NCBI RefSeq assembly: GCF_009914755.1 | Contig: NC_060925.1 | Origin: the human T2T-CHM13v2.0 reference genome, Homo sapiens | Reading direction: 5' to 3' (one strand) | DNA length: 64,000 nucleotides | Part shown: piece after piece, positions 43,680 through 60,964 of the stretch | Layout of the letters: every line of letters begins with the position of its first letter | How positions within the stretch are numbered: position 1 is the first letter of the stretch | Program-made: the position numbers and the translations under genes | Notes under the pieces: generated by a model | What the model was told of the DNA's origin: nothing | The model's database searches: none | The model's input: the letters and a program-made list of their open reading frames with translations, nothing else

Positions 43680-44210
43680 ATATTCTGCCGCAGTTGGGGG
43701 AGGAGCGATGGACCCCTAGGTCTCCGGAGGCTACACGTGTTCCCCGATCCCGTTTCCAGGGGGAGCCCTTCCTTCCTATTGCGCTGGTCGTGCTCCTGGC
43801 CCGCGTGCCCAGGAAGGGCGCAGCGGAGTCGCGTGCCCGTCCGGGCGGAGGACGCCGTCTCCGCGCGGCGGTGCCGGGCCCCTGCTTCCGGAACGCTAAT
43901 TTTAGGGTTCGCCGGCCCCCCTTTCTTTTCACCCGCTTTCCGTGCGAGCCGCTGCGCAGCAGTCTGCGCTTCGAGTGCGCTGTGTTTTAAGGAGGCCCCG
44001 GCGCTTGCCCCTTGGGCTCGGGGGCTTGGGTGCGCAGGTGGGGGCTGGCACGCAGCCCGTTGGGCAGGTTTCGCGCAGCGACCCTCCCCACGCCGGAGCT
44101 AAGTTCTTTGGGTGAGACGTGCAACAACGCAGGCCCCAAAGCTCTCTGCGCGCAGCGCCGCGGGGCTTGGCCTTCTCCAGTCCTCGGGAGTCAGCCACCG
44201 TCTCTGGCTT
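43680..44210. promoter_or_regulatory. DNAJC6: Second CpG island, just inside DNAJC6 intron 1
   Basis: CpG-dense, GC box GGGCGG at 43843, CCGGAA ETS core, GCTGCGCAGC palindrome. Confidence 0.8.
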
Positions 44211-44806
44211 GTTATAGGATTCCCACCTCGTGGTGGGCAATGATATATACATATTCAACATTAGAAAAAGAAGGAAAAAAAAACCCCACTCACAATCTAA
44301 TGCCAATGGAGAGAATGGTATTTTAATCTACGAAACTGTAATGAAGGCTCTTAAACAATCCCACTTTCCATAATTGAGGCTTTCAAAAGGGCCAGGTAGC
44401 TGGTGGTGTTTGTATTAACATCTCATAGGCTCTGGATCATTCACAGCCACGTATTGATCTATGTGGTTTTGACGTTTAAATTTTAATGAAGCAGCCTTAG
44501 TGGGGAAGAAAACAGCTATGCATGTGCCTGGTAAGGGGGAAGAGGACCTGTTCACTCCTGTTTCTAAGCCAGCATCTTAAGAGTAGGTATTACCTGTGTG
44601 TGAAATCAAAGTATTTTAAAATTAACTCTAGGAAGAATGTTGGATTTTCCTGTGTTGTTTTCAGTGGTTGGAGAAAGGGTTTCTGGAGAGAAAAAAAAAA
44701 TTGCTTATTTGCCAAGTCATGCTAGGCCATGGACATGATTTAGAAAAAAAATTAAAGCTGCTTGAATTGGAGGCCCAGGTTAAGGTTAATATTCAACATT
44801 GTTTGA

Positions 44807-45277
<471 letters not shown>

Positions 45278-45882
45278 TAACTCATTTGTGACCTAGGACA
45301 GGACTCTATTTCTTTGGGTCTCAGTTTCTTTATCGCTAAAATGGAGAGCTATTAGACTAGATTCCTGTTTTTCAGATTGTGAGTGGTGAGAAAGCAACTT
45401 AGTGAGTCTTAGGCAACATTTTAGATCGATGAAATAGAACAGAAACTGTCAGAAATCATTGCACATAGCAGAGGTAACTACTGTTTCCTGAAACTTCTGT
45501 TATAGATATTTATCTTTATGCATGTGGGTATAAGCCGTATTCTGACATCACATCGGTTTTTTTTTTTCCTGTGAGTTTCAGTCAAAGAAGTTTGAGGAAC
45601 ACTGAAATAAATCATAGCTCAGTAATGGTTTTCAAGGAGTCTGTGAAATGCAGCTTTATATGCATATATATACAGACAGAGAGAGAGAGAAAGAGAGAGT
45701 CAATAGTTTTCCTCAGATTTTTAAAGGATTCTAAGACTCCAAATAGGTTATGAATTACTGTATTTCTAAGGTCCCCCAGGCCTTTTCCAAGCCTAGTTCT
45801 TTGAGAGCAAAGTATCCCTTTAGGGCTGCTGGGAGATGGGTATGTGTTGACAGAGACCAGATAAGTGTATGGTGTGAGGTGG

Positions 45883-45907
45883 TGTGTGTGTGTGTGTGTG
45901 TGTGTGT
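45883..45907. repeat. (TG)n microsatellite
   Basis: Read directly. Confidence 0.9.
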
Positions 45908-47084
45908 AGGTGTGACCATAGCAACCAGACCGTGAGAGCCATTCCTGGGTCCCAAATTACCAGTTGGTGTCCTGAATATGAGACATAAAAACACTAAAAA
46001 TTAGAGTCTCTGTGTTGAAAAGGACCACAACAAAACTATTAAAATATTATGAATTGTTTGGAAGTCAATTCTTTTTGTAAAGACTGAAAAAGAGAATCAG
46101 GTAAAATTATAAGAGGTTGATGGGGCAAAGAAATCACCAGGATGTTGCAGGTTCAGAAAGTGAATTTTTGTAAGCTACCATCACATGAGTGGTTCAGTAA
46201 ATGTTGACTTGTGCCTTAAGAACTGCCTGCCTGCCTTTTCCATCTTTTTAGTTCATCTTAGGGACAATTCAGTGAGGTTTTTAAATACAAAAGACATTGT
46301 GTAACATTGATCTAGCATATCTCAAAATGTTTTGCAAGCCAGGAAAAAGAAATTAAGTATAAGGCAACTAAAAAGAAAATAGTTGAGTGAGTTAATAAGT
46401 AGATATTGGCAAACATGACAGCTAATTATAACAATAAGAACCATAGCTCCTATTTAATTAACAACTGTTATGTGAAAAGCTCTCTGGGAGGTGCTTTACA
46501 TATTGTCACAACACTGCAAGGTAGGTGGTATTTTATTCTGAAGAAATAGATTAAGAATTTTGTACAGGGATACATAGCTAGTTAATGGCAGAGCCATGAT
46601 TCAAAATCAGGTCTTTTTTTATCTCCAAAACCATTCACATGGTAGGCAAGTACTTGAAAATAAGTAGCCCTGTACTCTGTAAAATTACAGTTTTTAATAA
46701 AATTGTCAACATTTTTAGAATTAACTTACCTATATAAAAAGGGAGATGTGAACCTTAGAAAATGATGGCTTTTGACTAATTTTTTAGGTTGTTTTTATTT
46801 GGAAAACAGATATTTTAACTCTTCAAATTCAGCTCCAAATTTTCTTTTTACTAAGTTCTTTGAGTATGTTATGCAGCAAGGTCTTAGAGGCACAAAATAA
46901 TAAGAATGAAGACTGAAAATTTGGGTGAATTTTTTTTTGGTCTATAAGAGGTCAAAGAAAATAGTTCTCATTCCAATTTTTCTGTTATTTTTCTAGATTT
47001 TATTTTAAAATGGCAAACATGGCATTTGTTTAGCAAACAAAGTTACACATAACATTTTAATAGTAGGATTTAAAAGTTGTCATG

Positions 47085-47384
<300 letters not shown>

Positions 47385-48566
47385 CTATGCCAATGGTTCC
47401 TGAGATAACTTTTCACTGGAAGTTATTACAAAATCTAATTGGGTTTGAGCAGGGTCAGATTCAGACTTTTAGGCTCTAAATATTAAAAAATAGTGTGGTG
47501 TTCATCCTCCAATCTGTAATTCAAAATAAGTGTAAAAAAATTTTTAAAAAGTTGTGATTTTTCTTAAACATCTTGACTACTTTGATACTTTTAGAGAAAA
47601 CTCAAATTCTTTCAAGGATTTTTGTCACTGCTGCATGTGACTGGGTGAGTTGGTGAAATGATACTTTAGCTGGGGTGATCTGTAAATGACTGAGTGACTT
47701 CTCAAAGCTTCAGGGGTAGCATGTGGTTAAGCTGGGATTAGAGACTGGTCTATGCCAGTGGTAATCAATGGGTCTGGTATTGCTTTTTGGGCTACACACT
47801 GGAAATCTGCAGGTATGTTATTTGATGGTCATATGATTGAGGGGCGCTGCCATTGGCAGAAACTAGAAATGATAGTGCCCTCCGGTGTTCTGGGCTGTTC
47901 CATTCAATGATGAATTAGCTCATGTCCTGTGCAATTTTCAAATGTTTTGCTGAAGATGTAGTAAAACCTTCTATACTTTTCTGGGCTTAGAACATAAATT
48001 GGTTTCACTGTACACTGAAACTTCCAGGATTAAAAATGCTGTGTAAATCTAAGGAAGATTATACTGAATTTTGTTCAGGAAATCACTTACCCAAAGCAAT
48101 GCCACTTGTGTTTTAGACACCAGTACAACACACCTGAATCATAAAATCTATATACAAGTGCAAGTAGCTACCTACTTAATTATGTTTTCTAATATAGTCG
48201 TCTGAGCATTTGCATATTGAAATACATGTTGCTTTATTGTAAATAACTTATTTCACTTCTCTTTTACATTACAGTTGAAACGTATATGTATATATATATA
48301 CATATGCATAGTTTAATTTTGTGTTAGGTTATTTCATCTTTAAATTTCATTTTGAGATACTAAACAAGAAAATACAAAATATTTTTATATGTTACTCAGA
48401 GTTTAAAAATGACTTGATTTTTACCCCTGAATGTTTTAAAATAATTTGAACCAACATTAAAACTTTTGGAGACTATAGGTTCAATAAGGTATTTATGGCT
48501 TCTTTAATAAAGATTAGAGCAGTCTGCAACAATGAGATTGAGCTGAGTATAAATTACCCTCTTTAA

Positions 48567-48973
<407 letters not shown>

Positions 48974-49109
48974 AAAATTTTTTTAAAACATTTTATTTAT
49001 ATTCTCTCAGCAGGACAATCTTCCTAGCATAACTGTTGAGGGCCCCTCCAGTCTCAGGTTTTGACCTTGTTTTTTATTTTTTTTTATTAACTTAAAAAAC
49101 ATTATTATT

Positions 49110-49520
49110 TTTTCATTTTTATTTTTGACTTGACGATAACTGTATATATTTATGGGGTACAATGTGATGTTTTGATAGAAATCTACTACATTTTGGAATG
49201 ATCAAATCAGGCCGATTAGCATATTTATCACCTCAAATATTTATCATTTCTTTGTGATGAGAACATTTAAAATCCTCTTTTAGTAATTTTGAAATATACA
49301 ACACATTATTATTAACCCCAGTCACAGTGCTGTGCAATAGGACAGCAAAACTTATTCTTCTAACTGTAACTTTGTGCCTATTGATCAGCATTGCCCCTTT
49401 CCCTGCCCATGCCCCCACCTCCCAGCCTCTAGTAACCACCTTTTGATTCTCTAATTCTGTAAGTTTGGCTTTTTTAGATTCCACACACAAGTGAGATCAT
49501 ATGATATTTGACTCTCTGTG
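49110..49520 (-). mobile_element. L1MA 3' end
   Basis: TGTATATATTTATGGGGTACAATGTGATGTTTTGA...TTTTTAGATTCCACA. Confidence 0.85.
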
Positions 49521-49580
49521 GCACTTTAGAATTTCATTTTCTAATTGTTTATTCCTGGGATGTAGAAATAGAATTGATTA

Positions 49581-49881
49581 GGCCGGGTGCGGTGGCTTAT
49601 GACTGTAATCCTAGCACTTTCGGAGGTGGAGGCAGGTGGAACACCAGAGGTCAGGAGTTGGAGACCAGCCTGGCCAACATGGTGAAACCCTGTCTCTACT
49701 AAAAGTACAAAAAAAATTAGCCGGGTGTGGTGGTGTGTGCCTGTAATCCTAGCTACTCGGGAGGCTGTGGTGGGAGGATTGCTTGAACTAGGAGGTGGAG
49801 ATTGCAGTGAGCCAAGATCACACCACTGTACACTCCAGCCTGGGCAACAGAGCGAGACTCCATCTCAAAAAAAAAAAAAAA
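49581..49881 (+). mobile_element. Alu
   Basis: Alu motifs; TSD AGAAATAGAATTGATT. Confidence 0.95.
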
Positions 49882-50635
49882 GAAAGAAATAGAATTGATT
49901 TTATATGTTGACCTTATTTCAGTGACCTTGCTAAATTCACTTATTAATTTCAATAGTTTTTAGATTTTAGGGGCCTTACTATGTAGACCGTTTATTTTTC
50001 TGTAAATAATGACAGCTTTTTCTTCTTTCTGATCCTTATACTTTTTCCCCTTTGTCTCATTGCACTAGCTAGGATCTCTCTTATAATGTTGAATAGAAGC
50101 AGTGATGGTGAGTATTCTTATCTTGTTACTGATCTTAGGGGAAAAGCTATCACATTTTCACCATTAAGTACAACATTTGATGTGGGATTTATATGGACAC
50201 TTAAAAATTAGATTAAGGAAGTTACCTTCTATTCCTACTGTGCTAAGTTTTTATCATGAATCAGTTCTGAGTTGTAACAAATATTTTTCTGTATTATGTG
50301 CATCATATGATTATTTTATTCTGTTAATATGGTGAATTTCAGTGATTCTTGAATGTTAAACCAACTTTGCACTTTTGGAACAAACAACTTCGTTGTGATA
50401 TCTTTTTATATATTGCTGTATTTGACTTGCTAATATTTTGTTGAGGATTATCTTTGTCCATGAGAGAGATTAACCTGTGATTTCCTTTTGTTGTGGTGCC
50501 CTTGCCACATTTTGGCATCAAGGATATGTTGACCTTGTAAAATGAATTAGGAAGTATTTCCTATTTCTCTATTCCCTGGAAGGTTTTTGTGAGATTAGAA
50601 TTATTCTTTAAATGTCTGGAAGAATTCACTGGTGA

Positions 50636-50845
<210 letters not shown>

Positions 50846-51312
50846 TAATAGTGTATGTTATTCAGATTTCCTATTTTTGTGTGTGTTTTAATAAATTCTG
50901 TTTTTTTAGGAATTTGTCCATTTCATCTGAATTTCCACATGAGGTTTTCTTTATATTCTCTTATGATCTTTAAAATGTTTTTAGGTGGTGTGGTCCTGTC
51001 CTTGTTTTTTATTTCTGATAGTGGCATTTCTATTTATTGTCCTGGTAATTCTCACTTATTTTGATGCAATATTGTCAAGGTCTTATACATTTGAGTAGTC
51101 TCTGTAATCTTTTACTGGTTAATTTTTTGTATTATACATTTATTTTTCATCTCATGAGTTCTTGCTTTTGTCTTTATTATTTCCTCTTACACTCTTTGGC
51201 TATAACTTATGACTTATTTTTTAGTTTTTTGAGATAGAAGGTATCTTTGATTTTCAGCTTTTCTTTTAAAAAATATTTTCATTTAAGGCTACACATTAAT
51301 ATCCTTTAAGCC

Positions 51313-51614
<302 letters not shown>

Positions 51615-52234
51615 CTATATATATAATATCCTTTAAGCATAGCTTTTGTGTACACCTGCAAGTATTGTTATATTTTCATTATTTAGTTTAAAATATTTTA
51701 TACTTTTCTTTTTGATTTTTTTGACCCATAAGGTAGTGTAACAACATACTTTTTAATTTTTAAACAGTTGGGGAGTTTCTAGTTCTCTTTTTGCCATTGA
51801 TTTCTAGCTTGCTTTCACTGTAGTCAGAGAATATATTTTGGATGACTTGGAAATGTTTTAGACTTGCTTTGTGACCCTTCATATGATCAATTTTTATATT
51901 TATATGTTGTACTTAAAAGAATGTGCATACTAAGATAGTTTGGTTCCATGTTCTATATATGTTAATTATTTCAATTTGTTAATCCTGAGGTGCGGATCTT
52001 CTGTATCCTCACTGATTTTTTTCTCATTCTGTTGGTTCCCAAGAGAGGGCAAACTCTTCCATTATAATTTTAGATTTGTCTATTTTTCCTTTTATATTTG
52101 CCAATTTTTGCTTTACTTTGTGGCTCTGTTATTAGGTGCATACCATATACAGTTATAGTTGTTATATCTTCATTATGAAATGTCTTTCCTTATCTTGAGC
52201 AATACTCCCTTATAATCTACCTTTTTGATATTAA

Positions 52235-52643
<409 letters not shown>

Positions 52644-53896
52644 TAATCTGTATCTTTTAGAAGCAGCCATAAGTGAATTTTTAAAAATCTAGTCTGACAA
52701 TATGGTCTTTAGTTTGAATATTTAAACCATTTAATATAATTATTGATGTGTTAAGTGCTATAGCTACCATGTTACTCCTTGTTTCTTATTTGTGTCCCAT
52801 CTGTTTTATATACCACTTTCTTTTGGATTAATCAAGCATTATTTTTAACTTTCCAACATATTCTTTACACATTTGTTTTCATTTTACTTTTCTTTGTGTG
52901 TATGTGCGTGTGTGTGCCTGCGTGCGTGTGCAAGTGATTACCCCAGTGCTTCTTATATTTAATCATGTTTCAGACAATGTTAGGCGCTTAGAAGACTTTA
53001 ACTCCATTTACCCTATCTTCTCCCTCACCTCACTTTCTGCCTTTTGTATTATTATTGTATTTTGTTTTAATTATACATTTATTAAAGCCCCATAGGACAC
53101 TGTAATGATTGTTTTATGGAATAAATATTCATTTAAATTTACCCACATATTTACCCTATTCATTGCTTTTCATTTCTTTCGGATTTTTTGTGTATTCCCT
53201 CTGGGATCTTTTCCTTTTGCATGAAAAAAACTCCCTTTAGGATTTCTTGTAGTGCATATATGCTAGAAACAAATATTCTCAGTTTTTATGATCTGGAAAT
53301 GAGTTGATTTTGTCTTTGCTTTTGAAGGACAATTTTACTAGGTGTATAGAATTATGGGGAAGCAGGTGTTCCCCCAGCACTTTAAAACATGTTATCCCAT
53401 TGTCTTCTGGTTTTCATCCTTTCTTGGAAAAGCAGGCTGTCAGTCAGTCTTATGTTGTTATTTGGTGTTGCATCTTTTTTCTTCGGCTGTTGTTAAGACT
53501 TTTCTCAATTGATTTGGTTTTCAACACTTGTCCCAGGTGTGGTTTTCTTTGTATTTATCCTGCTTGGGGTTTTCAGTCCTTCTTGAATCTGTGCGGCTTG
53601 AGGTTTTTTGTAATTCTCATAATTCCCTGCCATTATCTCTCCAAACAGTGTTTTGTTCCTTTCTCTCTTTCTGGGACTCCGGGTACCTTTATGTTAGAAC
53701 TTTTTACCCTGTCCCATATATTCCTTCATTTTCTGTATACTTAGCCCTTTTCTTTCTTTTTTAGTTTTGTTATTTTTTTGCTGGCCTATCTTAGAGCTTA
53801 CTGGTTCTCTCTGCTATGTTTAACTTGTTGTTACAGAACCATTAATTTCTTAATTTTGTTTTGTATTTTTCAGTTCTAGAGTTACTATTAGATTCT

Positions 53897-54177
53897 TTTT
53901 TTTTTTTTTTGAGACAGAGTCTCCCTCTGTTGCCCAGGCTGCAGTGCGATCCTGGCTCACTGCAGCTTTCACCTCCTGGGTTCAAGCGATCTTCAGCCTC
54001 CTGAGTAGCTGGGATTACAGGCATGTACCACTATGCCTGGCTAATTTTTGTATTTTTAGTAGAGATGGGGTTTCGCCATGTTGGCCAGGCTGGTCTTGAA
54101 CTCCTGGCCTGAAGTGATCCGCTCACCTTGACCTCCCAAAGTGCTGGGATTATAGGCGTGGGCCACCGCGCCCAGCC
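53897..54177 (-). mobile_element. Alu
   Basis: Alu motifs; TSD CTATTAGATTCTTT. Confidence 0.93.
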
Positions 54178-55521
54178 TCTATTAGATTCTTTACCAAAAG
54201 AGATTCTTCACCTTGTCATCTGTTTTCTCAAATACATACATCACAGTCATCTTAAAAAACTTTGCTCAGTAACTTCAATGTGTGGGCCACTTGTGAGTCT
54301 TTTTATCTCTTCTGTTTTTCTTCTTGGTTGTCTTTCTTCATATGCCTGGCAATTTTTTATTATATGTCCAGTATTGTGTATGAAGATGCTCTGGATGATG
54401 TCATCTACCTGTTGAGAGTATTTTTCCTACTCTTTGTCAGAAGTAGAACAGAGATCACTTCAATCAGGCACTCAGTCTAATTAAGGCTGTTTTGCAGACT
54501 TTTAAGGTTTAGTCTACTTCTGGTTCTCCTAATCCCAGGCCCCTAGGGAAACTGACTGAGAGTCTGAGATGTTTCTCACCACCCCTTCCCCTTGACAGAC
54601 CCTAAACTCTAATTTTTGTCTCTCTAATACTGTGAACTTGCTGAAAACTCTACTCAGCAAAATGTTCATTGTGCTTTTCATTTGCTTTCTCGTTGGCTTC
54701 TTAGCCTCTGCTCTGGGCAGCTGAGTCAGGAATATCTGAAGGAGAAAACTCCTGTCAGGCTGTGAGTTACTCTAGGATATGCCTTTTCAGTCCTAAACTC
54801 CACTTTTTGTCTCTGCAGCCCTTGAAACTGTCTAAAATTCTGCAGGCTTCTCTGTGTCTTAACAGCTGCCCCTTGCCTGGCTTTTCAGCTTCTTACCCCA
54901 TGCTAAGAATTGGCATATACCCTAAATAGGAAAATGGGCTTGCAGAAAGTCAGGCTCACCTCAGTGAGCCTCCCCTCTCTCCAAGATCTGGTTCCTCAAA
55001 TCGTGGCTGATTAGTAGCTTTCCTATTACTTCACACAGATGTTTAAAAATTTTATCTGGCTTTTCTAATTTCCCTCATCAGAACCAGTCTGCTACAACCT
55101 ACTCTATTAAAGCTGGAAGTTAAACACGTCTGTTTTTTTTTGTTTGTTTTAAGTGGATTATGTTAAAAAATAAAAATCACAGGCCAAAAACCAAGGTAAC
55201 AATGTCATTTTAAACATGTAAATTTAATAAAGGATATATGTTGATTTTTAGTTACTCTTTCTTGCCTTATTAAAAGCTTGTCAGTACCTTTTTTCATATG
55301 TACTCTGAAATTCTTACAAATATATGTTGCTTTGTTCCAGAGAATATGTGTACTAAAAGACTATAATTTTTCTGAGTCTGGTTCTCCATTCAAATGTTTT
55401 AATACTTTTGTGATTTTATGATTTGTAATTGTCGACTCTCACCTCCCAATTCAACATGATCCTAAAATGTACAAAATAATTTGAATGATTGAGTTTCAAA
55501 AAGTTTTAGAAAACTTGATCT

Positions 55522-56081
55522 TGTAACTTTTATTCCAAAGCTTTGTTGAGGGGGAGAAGTACAGGCTTCTGCCTTTAAGGGTACTGCTTCACTTTTGGGG
55601 CAAAAAAGCAAGGGTTTTCAAAGGGGGACTTGACATGAATGGCATGCAGGGGAGGGGGTGAGCCAGTGGGGGTCTCAATGACTTGCTTTGGTGCTTTATC
55701 TACCAGGTGGTTGAGCTGGTGCCCTCGCGGGCAGAACTAGGTGGTAAGGTGGCCAGAGTCTTGAGATACTCTCCAAGTGGGAGTGAGTTTCATCATGGGC
55801 ATACTTTAGGTTATAATTTGTTATCTCTCGAGGCAGTCTCCTGGTCGAAGAGACGTCTGGCTCTGGAGCTTCTAAGTAAGCAAGAGCTTCCAAGTAAGCA
55901 CACAGATAAGCTTGCCCTACAGGGAGTGTCTGGTGAAGGAAAGGTAAATGTTATAATTGCATTTCTAAAGAGCTAAGTAGGAAGTGGGGAACAAGGGAAA
56001 AGGAGGAAACAGAAAAGAAGAAAAAAGTATTTTTTAAAAAAGTAATTCTTTCTCTTAGAAAAAGGTGGGTACTTGGTTACA
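55522..56081 (-). mobile_element. Probable ERV1 solo LTR (subfamily uncertain)
   Basis: TGTAAC...GTTACA termini, near-TSD ATCT/GTCT, GC content higher than flanks. Confidence 0.6.
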
Positions 56082-56987
56082 GTCTAAACCCTTTACCGTG
56101 GCTGAGTAGGTATTTTTTCAGCCTCTTTCCCAGGTTGCGCGCTGCGTTTAGTGCTGTCATTCTCATGTGCTTCATGTCACTGCCAATGTGTTCAGCCTCT
56201 CAAATGCAAGCTCCGTTCATTTACTCATTCATCTCATATGTTTTTGATCACTTATGTGCTCAGGTCTCCTTTTTCAAATCAATATTATGGCAATTCTAGT
56301 AAATGATCAGGGAAATTAAATAGGTCAATTCATGTGACATAGTTCTGAAAGGCAACAGAGTGATTGGTGGAATTGTGGAAATGTTTTTCACATTTCTCCA
56401 AATTTTCTTTTAAAATCAGACAAACAAACTGACACTTACTTTTCAGTCTTTTCAGATATGTTCCCCAACTCTGACTCTAGTACTTGAAAATGTACTAAGT
56501 AAGAGGGCTTTGGGATGCCAGAAATAGTCTGTTACTTAATCTGGCTGCTGGTTTTTAAACCAGTTTGTGAAAATTCCTGGAGCTCAGCACATGGTTTGTT
56601 CACGTTTCAGTATGTCTGTTATACTTTAATAAAGAAAATGAACTTTTTACTGATAGAGTAACAAAGAAAGTGCCAAAGAGAAAGAAAGCTTGAGAACCTC
56701 TGATCAAGTTCAGCCTCTTCATGTTATGGACGAGGGAATTGAAGCTTGGGAAGGAAAAATTACCTGGGGACTGGGGGAATGTCTCATAACCAGGACTTGT
56801 ACTCAGGCCTTCTGACTCCTAGTTCATCTGACTTTCCTAACTCATTGATCAGGAAAGGGGTGGGGAAGAATCTGGCATGCGCTAACATTGGAGCTGGGCG
56901 ACATTCTCAGAATCCCAGATGTATCCTGCGAGTCAGCACTTCACTCCCTACTCTTTCTGCCCTCCTCCATCCCCTTCCCCATGGCAG

Positions 56988-57118
56988 TTTAAAAACAGAC
57001 ACTTTTATTTCCTGCAAACCTGGAGATACTTGTTTCATCACCTAAGAATCATTTGACTGCATATGCTGAGAAAAAGGGAAATTCGTGCCTGTGAAATCTA
57101 ACAAGAGCCCAGCACAAG
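56988..57118 (+). other. Candidate 131-nt cassette exon in DNAJC6 intron 1
   Basis: ~40-nt pyrimidine tract then atggcag|TTT; donor AAG|gtatgt. Confidence 0.4.
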
Positions 57119-58026
57119 GTATGTTTGATCCTCTTTTAAAGCCATTTTTAGTTTGGTGCTGTGTGGTTTAAATTTAGAATAACATTTCTACAACTTTGGG
57201 GGAGGGGCGGTGATGGTGGCGTGCAGAGATTGAACCCAGCTGTGACTCCTGCTGCTGTGAGATAAATGGGAAAATCTGGGAACCAGTGTTAAAAGGAGAG
57301 GGCTCTTTAGAGAGGTAGCTGCAGGGAAGGGGACGTGCCTTAATTGGGATGGGGGTGGAGGTAAGGCCAAGAAACAGTGGGAGCTGTCTCCTCCCCCTCT
57401 TGCCCTGTGGGATCTGACCTACTGAAAACAGAGTGAAGACTATTTCTGATCTGGTTTGGAAATCCAGAATTTAATATTAAAATACACGTTAAATATTTCA
57501 ATAAATAAATATTAATATGTTAATATTAATGTTAAGTCAGAATGTTAAAATATACATCTAATATATATACACATACATGCACATGCATGCACACACACAC
57601 AGCTTGGAATTGGTAGTGTCATCCTGGCTTCATTTTACATTCTCAAAGGCTAGATGTTGGGTTTCCAGAGTGCTGTTTCTTCTGCCTGAAATACATTTTC
57701 TCTCCTATTTGCCTGGCTCAGTTCTGCTCCTCTTTCCAGTAGTAGCTTCCTCTGACTCTAGGTCTCCTTCCCACTCGCTGCCTATAACAAGTTTCCAGAG
57801 CATCCTGTGTTTTCCCTTTTGTGTCACTTCCCGTATTTTTAATTATTAGATGAAATTTGGGCACGGCATATGTCCTTAATACATAGAGAAAAGAAGAGAA
57901 GACAAGGAGTCAGGGAAGATAAAAGAAAGCTACCCTTGGATCGCTTCTTTTAAACTTAGCAAGGTAGACAGGTTCCTTAACTTCTCTGAGCCTCAGTTTC
58001 CTCACTTTCAAAGTGAAAATAGTAAT

Positions 58027-58081
58027 ACCTAATAAGGTTGTTGTGAGATTAGAACCTAATAAGGTTGTTGCGAGATTAGAA
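58027..58081. repeat. ~26-bp tandem duplication within a MIR
   Basis: ACCTAATAAGGTTGTTG(T/C)GAGATTAGA twice. Confidence 0.85.
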
Positions 58082-58878
58082 ATAATATATTAAAGGCACC
58101 TAGCATAATATCTAACACATAGTAGGTACTCAGTGTAACATAATTTAAAATGTATATATACTCTTAAAAGGAAATTATGAAAATTCAGAAAAGCACAGAG
58201 AAAGCCTGTGAAAACATTCATTGTCCCGTCTCTTAGAGATAATTGCTGTTAAATTGAGTGGATTCTTTTTCTGTGTGTATCTTTATGTATCTATATAATG
58301 TACTGAGTTCAGATTATTCATATTTTTTTTTCACTTAATATGACGGCCCAAACACTCTCCACATTTTTAGTGTCTGTAAAATACTGCCATGTTATATTTT
58401 GTAATAATAACTGGGCCTTCAGTTATTAAAAGAAGATTTAGAAACTGACACTTGATCCATTCAAACTCTACTTTTACCAGGACAATATGTTTACGTGTTA
58501 GGAGGATAATTCATATCCCTGGGTAAACAAATGATGTAGTGGACAAGGTGCAAAAGGACTCCTCCCTCCATTCCTTCTTCTCTCTCTCTTTCAGCCTTTC
58601 TTGCTTATTTCCATGGATAGGAGGGTTATTTTGATTTTTAAAGTAATGAGGCAACTAGGTGAAATGAAGAAATCCATTGGCCTGGAAGTTAGGAGGTCAG
58701 AAATTTTCCTTCTTACAGTCCAGTCACTGACTCACTTTAAGGCAGTCTTTTCATTTTTTGGTCTAATTTTTTTCATTTGTAAACATGGGAGAAGTGGGTT
58801 TTATTAGAGAGATTTTCAGACTGGGCTTTTCTGAGTGAGTGTTAGAGTTCTGTGGAGATGTTTTTTCATATTAGGTAG

Positions 58879-59903
<1,025 letters not shown>

Positions 59904-59924
59904 CTGTTTAAAATTTTTATTTTA

Positions 59925-60217
59925 CTCATTTATTTATTTTGACACAGAGTCTGGCCCAGTCACCAGGGCTGGAGTGCAGTGGCACGAACATGGCTCACTG
60001 CAACCTTGACCTTCTGGGCTCAAGCTGTCCTTCTGCTCAGCCACCCGTGAAGCTGGGACCACAGGTGCATGCCACCATGCCTGGCTAATTTTTTCATTTT
60101 TTTGTAGAGACAAAGTCTCACTTTTGCCCAGGCTCAAGTGAACTCCAGGGCTCAAGTGATCCTCCTTTGTTGGCCCTGCAAAGTGCTGGGATTACAGGCA
60201 TGAGCCTTCACACCTGG
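59925..60217 (-). mobile_element. Alu (AluJ-like)
   Basis: Alu motifs. Confidence 0.88.
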
Positions 60218-60964
60218 CACCATTCCTTTTTTACAGCATTTTAGAAAAAATTTTTTTCAAGTTTGGAAAAAAAAAGTTTTGTCAGGCTGTTAGAATTCCC
60301 GTAGCAGTAGAATGCATTATCTGCAGTGTTTGTTGAGATGCAAAAACAATTTCAGTACTTCAGACTTTTAAATAAAAGGCTCTATTTAGTTCATGTGAAA
60401 ACTTTTAAAGCTCTGCCCTTCCCCCTTAAAGCTAAGAGACTGATATACTGATTGCCAGTCTTGTTTTCCTCCTCTGGGTTTAGGGGAGGGGATTAGGGCC
60501 AGACTTTCATTGGATAAAGGTAGTTGAGGCTGGGGTTAGGCTCTTTTCAGAGGAAAAATCAAGATATTAACCTGTCACCAGAAGGAGGAGGGATGGATGG
60601 TGGGTGGGTTAAAACAACAGATGTCAGGTGTACATAACTGGGATGGACTTTATCTGCTGCACTATTGGTGCAAAATCCTTTCCTCTTATGTGTCTCCTGG
60701 TGTTCCTAAGGAAAGTATAAGGAAGTCACCTGCAGTTTGTAGGGAATGAGCTATTTACTCATGCATGAACTGTGTTCTCTAGTTAAAAAGGGATTGAAAA
60801 GAAGAACAATATCAGAGTCCCTATCCAAATTATGAACTCCTTGAGGTCAGAGATTGTGTCTTGTCACAATTATACCTCCAGTGTTTGATATGGAACCTGG
60901 CATACATGAGTCATTCAGTGAATATTTGTGAGATTACTTGGTTTTTTGCCTTGTTGACTTAAGA

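Noticed and set aside
43382-44326. Overlapping 100-200 aa ORFs on both strands
   Set aside because: Stop-poor GC-rich island, low-complexity R/P/G/A content, no recognisable domain
57470-57540. AT-rich AATATT palindromes
   Set aside because: Low complexity; arms too short to exceed chance
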